Shown piece by piece: positions 60,327-64,000 of a stretch of DNA of 64,000 nucleotides. The position numbers and the translations under genes are program-made. Position 1 is the stretch's first letter; every line of letters begins with the position of its first letter. The DNA comes from a virus (lineage: Duplodnaviria; Caudoviricetes): the IMG/VR virus record IMGVR_UViG_3300044961_000667; one strand, given 5' to 3'. The notes under the pieces were generated by a model. It was not told where the DNA came from. It saw only the letters and a list, made by a program, of their open reading frames with translations, and did not search any database.

Positions 60327-60345
60327 ACGATGCCTGGGATCGGAA

Positions 60346-60741
60346 CTACTTCAGACCCAGCTCGTCGAGAATCCGAAGTCGGGCCGCATCCACCAGCAGC
60401 CGGTACCCCTCGCCGTCCGGCGTGTCACCCCAGGTCGAGTCACCAGCCACGACGATCTTCAGCGTCTGATCGCCCACCTTCGCGACGCGCCAGCACGTGT
60501 CCTTCTCCGAGGGGCTGTTCCAGAACGCGATGGTCCGCTCGACGACCGTCCGGGCATTGAGATCGGCGGTCAGCTCCACCTCCTGCTCGTCATCGAGCCC
60601 ATGGGGCAGCTTGCCGCCGCTCCACTTCTTACAGGCCGCGATGCGCCGCTCGGCCTTGGCGACGAGAATGTCCCGGAACTCGTCGCTGACGTTGAGCTTC
60701 TTGGGGCCAACAACGGTGATGACGATCAGTTCTGCTCCCAT
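60346..60741 (-). CDS. Hypothetical protein
   Basis: G..TWGD.P motif. Confidence 0.75.
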   Translation of the reverse strand: MGAELIVITVVGPKKLNVSDEFRDILVAKAERRIAACKKWSGGKLPHGLDDEQEVELTADLNARTVVERTIAFWNSPSEKDTCWRVAKVGDQTLKIVVAGDSTWGDTPDGEGYRLLVDAARLRILDELGLK

Positions 60742-60750
60742 GTGCCTCTC

Positions 60751-61131
60751 CTACGTGTACGCCTCGGGGTGGAAGACGGGGTCGGCCGTGCCACGCGCCA
60801 CGACGCCACACGTCGCGCAGACCGGCTCCCCATCCTTGACGACTTCTTCGTGTCCAGAGCCGACGCGGTTGGCCGCAGCCTCGGCGTAGATGAAGATCAG
60901 CGACCCTTCGCCGTACGCCTCGCGGATCTTCTTCACGGCCTCGTCGTCGGAGTAGTGCATCTCCGTGTCACGCGTCTCCAGCACCAGCCCGTTGCACTGG
61001 ACGCAGTAGCCGCGGATCGTCTTCCCCTGGCGGGTGAGCGCGAAGTGCACGCTGCCGCAACGGTGAGCGGTGAACTCCTCGCCCTTCCGCAGGTTCACCT
61101 TGGGCTTCTCCTGTCGCATCACGGCCTCCAC
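60751..61131 (-). CDS. Cys-rich hypothetical protein
   Basis: HRCG, CVQC, CATC. Confidence 0.7.
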   Translation of the reverse strand: MEAVMRQEKPKVNLRKGEEFTAHRCGSVHFALTRQGKTIRGYCVQCNGLVLETRDTEMHYSDDEAVKKIREAYGEGSLIFIYAEAAANRVGSGHEEVVKDGEPVCATCGVVARGTADPVFHPEAYT

Positions 61132-61340
61132 CCGTAACCGGACTCGACGGGACCCAGCTTCCCTTCGCTGAGCACCTCCCGCCAGTCCCAGAAGTTGCTG
61201 AGGCCGTGCTCACCCCAGTACTGGCCCCCGACGATCTTCACCGTCCGGCCGCTGGGATGCTTGACGACGTCGCCGATCTTGAACGGCGGACCGCCCATCA
61301 CGTCCTCGGTCATCTCCTTCACCCAGTTGGCGACGCTCAC
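61119..61340 (-). CDS. Hypothetical protein
   Basis: Coupled ORF. Confidence 0.7.
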   Translation of the reverse strand: MSVANWVKEMTEDVMGGPPFKIGDVVKHPSGRTVKIVGGQYWGEHGLSNFWDWREVLSEGKLGPVESGYGWRP

Positions 61341-61594
61341 GAGCCGCTCCGTTCAGCGAGAGCGATCGCCTTCTTCAGGTCCAGACTGTTCAGCCGCGTG
61401 GTGACCTCGACGCCGGCAGCGAAGCCGAGCATCACGGCCTTGGCCATGTCCAGACGGAACCCCTCGGCGTTGAGCAGGCCGATCTCAACGCCATTCGCAG
61501 TCTCCTCCATCGAGATCTGCAGCGAGGGATCGGCCTCGACGAGGGCCTGCATGAGACGCTTCGCCAACGGAACTGACGTGAACGGGATCTTCAT
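61337..61594 (-). CDS. Hypothetical protein
   Basis: MKIPFT..; ATGA overlap. Confidence 0.65.
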   Translation of the reverse strand: MKIPFTSVPLAKRLMQALVEADPSLQISMEETANGVEIGLLNAEGFRLDMAKAVMLGFAAGVEVTTRLNSLDLKKAIALAERSGS

Positions 61595-62457
61595 CGACGA
61601 ACCTTCCTCTCCTCTTCGACAAGCTGGGCCTTCAGCTTCTCGATCTCCAACGTGTGGTACCCGACCTCGCCGGCGAAGTAGGCCCGCTCTTCGTCGTCGT
61701 ACCCAGTCTGGCCGCGGTACTTCTCCAGCTCCTTCTCGTGGTGACGAATCTCCGTCTTCAGCGAGCGGACTCCGGCCAGGTCCTGGTTCACCTCGTCGTC
61801 GTCGTAGACGCCGTGCTGCTCCGGGTTCTCCGCGAAGAGCTTCCGCAGCTCCGCCTGCTTCTCCGCCGGGATCGGGTACAGGTGATTGCACTGCCGGTTC
61901 GGGCACCGCACCATCAGCACCTTCGGAGGCTCCTGGCCGACGAAGAGGCCGAACTCGCCTGGCTTCTCCACGATGAAGGCCGACTCGAAGTGACACTTCG
62001 GGCAGTCGGGCGAGAGGATCTTCCGCTCCGCATCGTAGAAGTCACGCGACGCCTTCGCCTCCGCACGACGCTTCAGCGTGATGTCGGCCACCTTCACCTC
62101 GCCGACCGGCGCCAGCGACAACCGCACCGACTCATCGTCGAGCGGACTGGCCATCGCGTGGTCTCCATCGTCGAAGAACCAGCCCTGGTCTTCAGCGCTC
62201 TGACTCGGCCCCACGTACCGCATGGGCTTTCCGAGCGCCTGGTGGCAGTGCACGTGGTACACGCTGCCGTTGTCCATCTCGCCGTGCGAGTCGTAGCCGC
62301 CCAGCCGGCCGTACCCGTCGTACTCGCCGCTGTGGACGTTGCCGTTCGGCATGATCACGATGCCGTGCTGCATCCAGGTGTTGACGCCCTTCGTCGTCGC
62401 CTGGGCGCACAGGAGCGGGTGGCCACACGCCCTGCAGTTGTAGCTGAACATCCCCAT
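61591..62457 (-). CDS. Multi-Zn-finger hypothetical protein
   Basis: MG.FS..C..CG; GEYDGYG; H..C; CPKC..CPN..C. Confidence 0.8.
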   Translation of the reverse strand: MGMFSYNCRACGHPLLCAQATTKGVNTWMQHGIVIMPNGNVHSGEYDGYGRLGGYDSHGEMDNGSVYHVHCHQALGKPMRYVGPSQSAEDQGWFFDDGDHAMASPLDDESVRLSLAPVGEVKVADITLKRRAEAKASRDFYDAERKILSPDCPKCHFESAFIVEKPGEFGLFVGQEPPKVLMVRCPNRQCNHLYPIPAEKQAELRKLFAENPEQHGVYDDDEVNQDLAGVRSLKTEIRHHEKELEKYRGQTGYDDEERAYFAGEVGYHTLEIEKLKAQLVEEERKVRR

Positions 62458-62461
62458 GTGA

Positions 62462-62662
62462 CTACGCCTCCCTTCCTTGCAACTTCGCCTGATGCGCGTG
62501 GGACGCCGCCACCGCCTTCACCAGCTCCGAGGACTGGCAGTGGGGGCACGTCACCGACGCCGGGCGAGAGGTGGTTCGCGAGGTAGGCCGCAGCTTCTGC
62601 TTGCAGGCCAACTCCTCCATCGCCAAGTCCTTGTAGTGCACCGTCTGGTTGCTGGCAGCCAT
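62462..62662 (-). CDS. Small Zn-binding hypothetical protein
   Basis: VHY..LAC..VTCPHC. Confidence 0.65.
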   Translation of the reverse strand: MAASNQTVHYKDLAMEELACKQKLRPTSRTTSRPASVTCPHCQSSELVKAVAASHAHQAKLQGREA

Positions 62663-62665
62663 CGG

Positions 62666-63001
62666 TTACTCCTTCACCCGGAACATCTTCACCAGCTCGT
62701 ACGCCTCCGAGTGCTTCCGGCTGAGGTTCATCTCCACCTGCCGAAGCTCCTTCACCAGCTCCTGCTTCTCCGCCGGCGTCTCCGCCGCCTGCAGCTCCTC
62801 CTTGATGGCTTCCTTCATCTCCCGGAGATCCACGATGGAGGCGCGGAGGCCGCTGAGCCGCTTCACCGCGTCCTGGCGCTCCTTCTCCTTCTTCGCCTGG
62901 CGAATGGGGGCCAGGTCCGCCTCCAGCGAGGTGCTGAGGAGGTCGACCAGCTTCATCAGGTTCTGGAGTTCGTCGGGGGTGATGCTGGGCTTGCTGTCCA
63001 T
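62666..63001 (-). CDS. Hypothetical helical protein
   Basis: RBS AGGAG; first gene after a promoter. Confidence 0.75.
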   Translation of the reverse strand: MDSKPSITPDELQNLMKLVDLLSTSLEADLAPIRQAKKEKERQDAVKRLSGLRASIVDLREMKEAIKEELQAAETPAEKQELVKELRQVEMNLSRKHSEAYELVKMFRVKE

Positions 63002-63052
63002 CGTTTTTCTCCTGGGTTGTCTGGCTGGTTTGCCAGAGAGGATGATGGAGAG

Positions 63053-63086
63053 AATCTACCGTCAGTTCGCCGCGTTCGTCAAGAGG
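63053..63086 (-). promoter_or_regulatory. CCTCTTGAC-family promoter
   Basis: TTGACG-18-TAGATT. Confidence 0.8.
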
Positions 63087-63409
63087 AAGCACGACTGCTC
63101 TGTCGTTTTCTTCTCTCGTACCGGGCGACTGGCGATGCCGCCCCTGCGAGTCACTTCTTCTTCTTGGTGGTGGGAGCCTTCATCTTCCCGATGGGCACCG
63201 TGGTTCCCTTGTCCTCGGGATCGAACGGGTTCCCCTCCCAGACGCCCGCACCGCGTGCCACAGCCCAGCGCCTTGAGATCGTTCTCTCGGAGGCGGGACC
63301 TGGTTGGTGCTCTAGAACAACCAACGTTGACGCAGATCTGCCGACGTCAAATTCGGGTGCTCCGTGTCCGGCGGCAACGGCTCCTTCTCCTTCATGCGTT
63401 TCCTCTCTC

Positions 63410-63676
63410 TCAACCGCGCTGGCGACGACGCCGCGTCCGCTTGGACGTCTTCTTCTTCTTCTTCTTCTTCTTGGGTGGAGATCCGGAGCGTCGCGTCGTC
63501 ACCTTGCGAAGCTCGTCAATGGCCTGTGCCGTCTCCATCGACTTCTGCAACCCCATGGCCGGGTTGAAGAAGCTGATGGCCACCGCGTTCCACATGGTGG
63601 ACCCGAACAGGTTTGGGGCGAGGGACCTCGACAAGCGCCGGGCGGTTTCATCCATCGAGATGCGTTTGCGGCTCAT
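63410..63676 (-). CDS. Small protein with poly-Lys/Arg tail
   Basis: RBS AAGGAG; (AAG)8 at 63449-63472. Confidence 0.65.
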   Translation of the reverse strand: MSRKRISMDETARRLSRSLAPNLFGSTMWNAVAISFFNPAMGLQKSMETAQAIDELRKVTTRRSGSPPKKKKKKKKTSKRTRRRRQRG

Positions 63677-63699
63677 TGCTTTGGCAGCTCCTTGCGAAG

Positions 63700-63871
63700 T
63701 TAAGCGGCGTACTTCTCGGCTTCCTCCCTCGTCTCGAAGTCAGCCAGGCAGGTGACAGCGCCTTTCAGACTTCTGTCTTCCTCGGTGGCGTAGTGGCCGT
63801 ACACACTGAAGAAACTGGCGTCGACAGTAGAGGCCGCGGAGCATCCTTTCTCGATCAGATCCCAGCCCCAT
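63700..63871 (-). CDS. Small hypothetical protein with apparent extra G at 63866-63869
   Basis: RBS AGGAGG then ATG; body WDLIEKG..FSVYGH..LADFETREEAEKYAA* is one base out of frame. Confidence 0.5.
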
Positions 63872-64000
63872 CAACGCCCTCCTTGGGCAGCCACCTGGGC
63901 CACCTCCTGACACTCCGGGTGACACGTATGGTGCGTCGGTCCTTTGCCTGGGGCGGGCGGCCATGGAGCGATGGGCTCGCCCTGACAGAGCCGACAAGTC
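63871..64000 (-). CDS. C-terminal part of a Cys/His hypothetical protein entering from the right edge
   Basis: TCRLCQGEP..CHPEC..GGR*. Confidence 0.5.
   Translation of the reverse strand, partial: TCRLCQGEPIAPWPPAPGKGPTHHTCHPECQEVAQVAAQGGR

Noticed and set aside
42-63755. Many long plus-strand ORFs in the track (for example 11592-13298, 19677-20936, 42254-43348, 49220-50617)
   Set aside because: They are antisense shadows of GC3-rich minus-strand genes, with no RBS or motifs and unnatural Arg/His/Leu-rich composition.
1-64000. CRISPR array, rRNA, IS transposase or integrase
   Set aside because: I found no regularly spaced repeat-spacer units and no matching motifs. The dispersed repeats are kilobases apart.

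Overview
High-GC segment (roughly two-thirds G+C by eye) of what looks like a large or jumbo dsDNA bacteriophage, or a phage-plasmid. It covers an early / DNA-metabolism region. About 130 tightly packed genes lie almost all on the minus strand. I found no host housekeeping operons, no standard tRNA or rRNA genes and no CRISPR array. Most long plus-strand ORFs in the supplied track are antisense shadows. Recognisable products: intein-containing UvrD helicase (runs off the left edge), Dam methylase, ASCH protein, DUF5131 radical-SAM-like protein, intein-containing HD hydrolase, disrupted HerA-like ATPase, GHKL ATPase, minimal PolX, thymidylate kinase, SNF2 helicase, PD-(D/E)XK nuclease, two SAM methyltransferases, radical SAM enzyme, beta clamp, ATP-dependent ligase, RNase H, HU, DEDDh exonuclease, YkgJ, M23 peptidase, CoaB-aldolase fusion, AAA_33 kinase and four free-standing homing endonucleases. 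The most notable signals are outside the ORF track. (1) Two unrelated homing-endonuclease cassettes each leave a truncated native 5' end upstream and supply a recoded replacement 5' end to the gene they interrupt. (2) A 119-nt intergenic tRNA-like RNA has an oversized central region. (3) A perfect parS palindrome is present. (4) A 12-bp palindrome with conserved flanks occurs seven times in one orientation. (5) Twenty copies of a CCTCTTGAC sigma70-like promoter are present. (6) A candidate sRNA has a C-rich loop. Several frame breaks sit in homopolymer runs and may be assembly errors. Family assignments come from motif recognition by eye, not database searches. A Myxococcota/deltaproteobacterial host is an inference from GC content and the parS variant.
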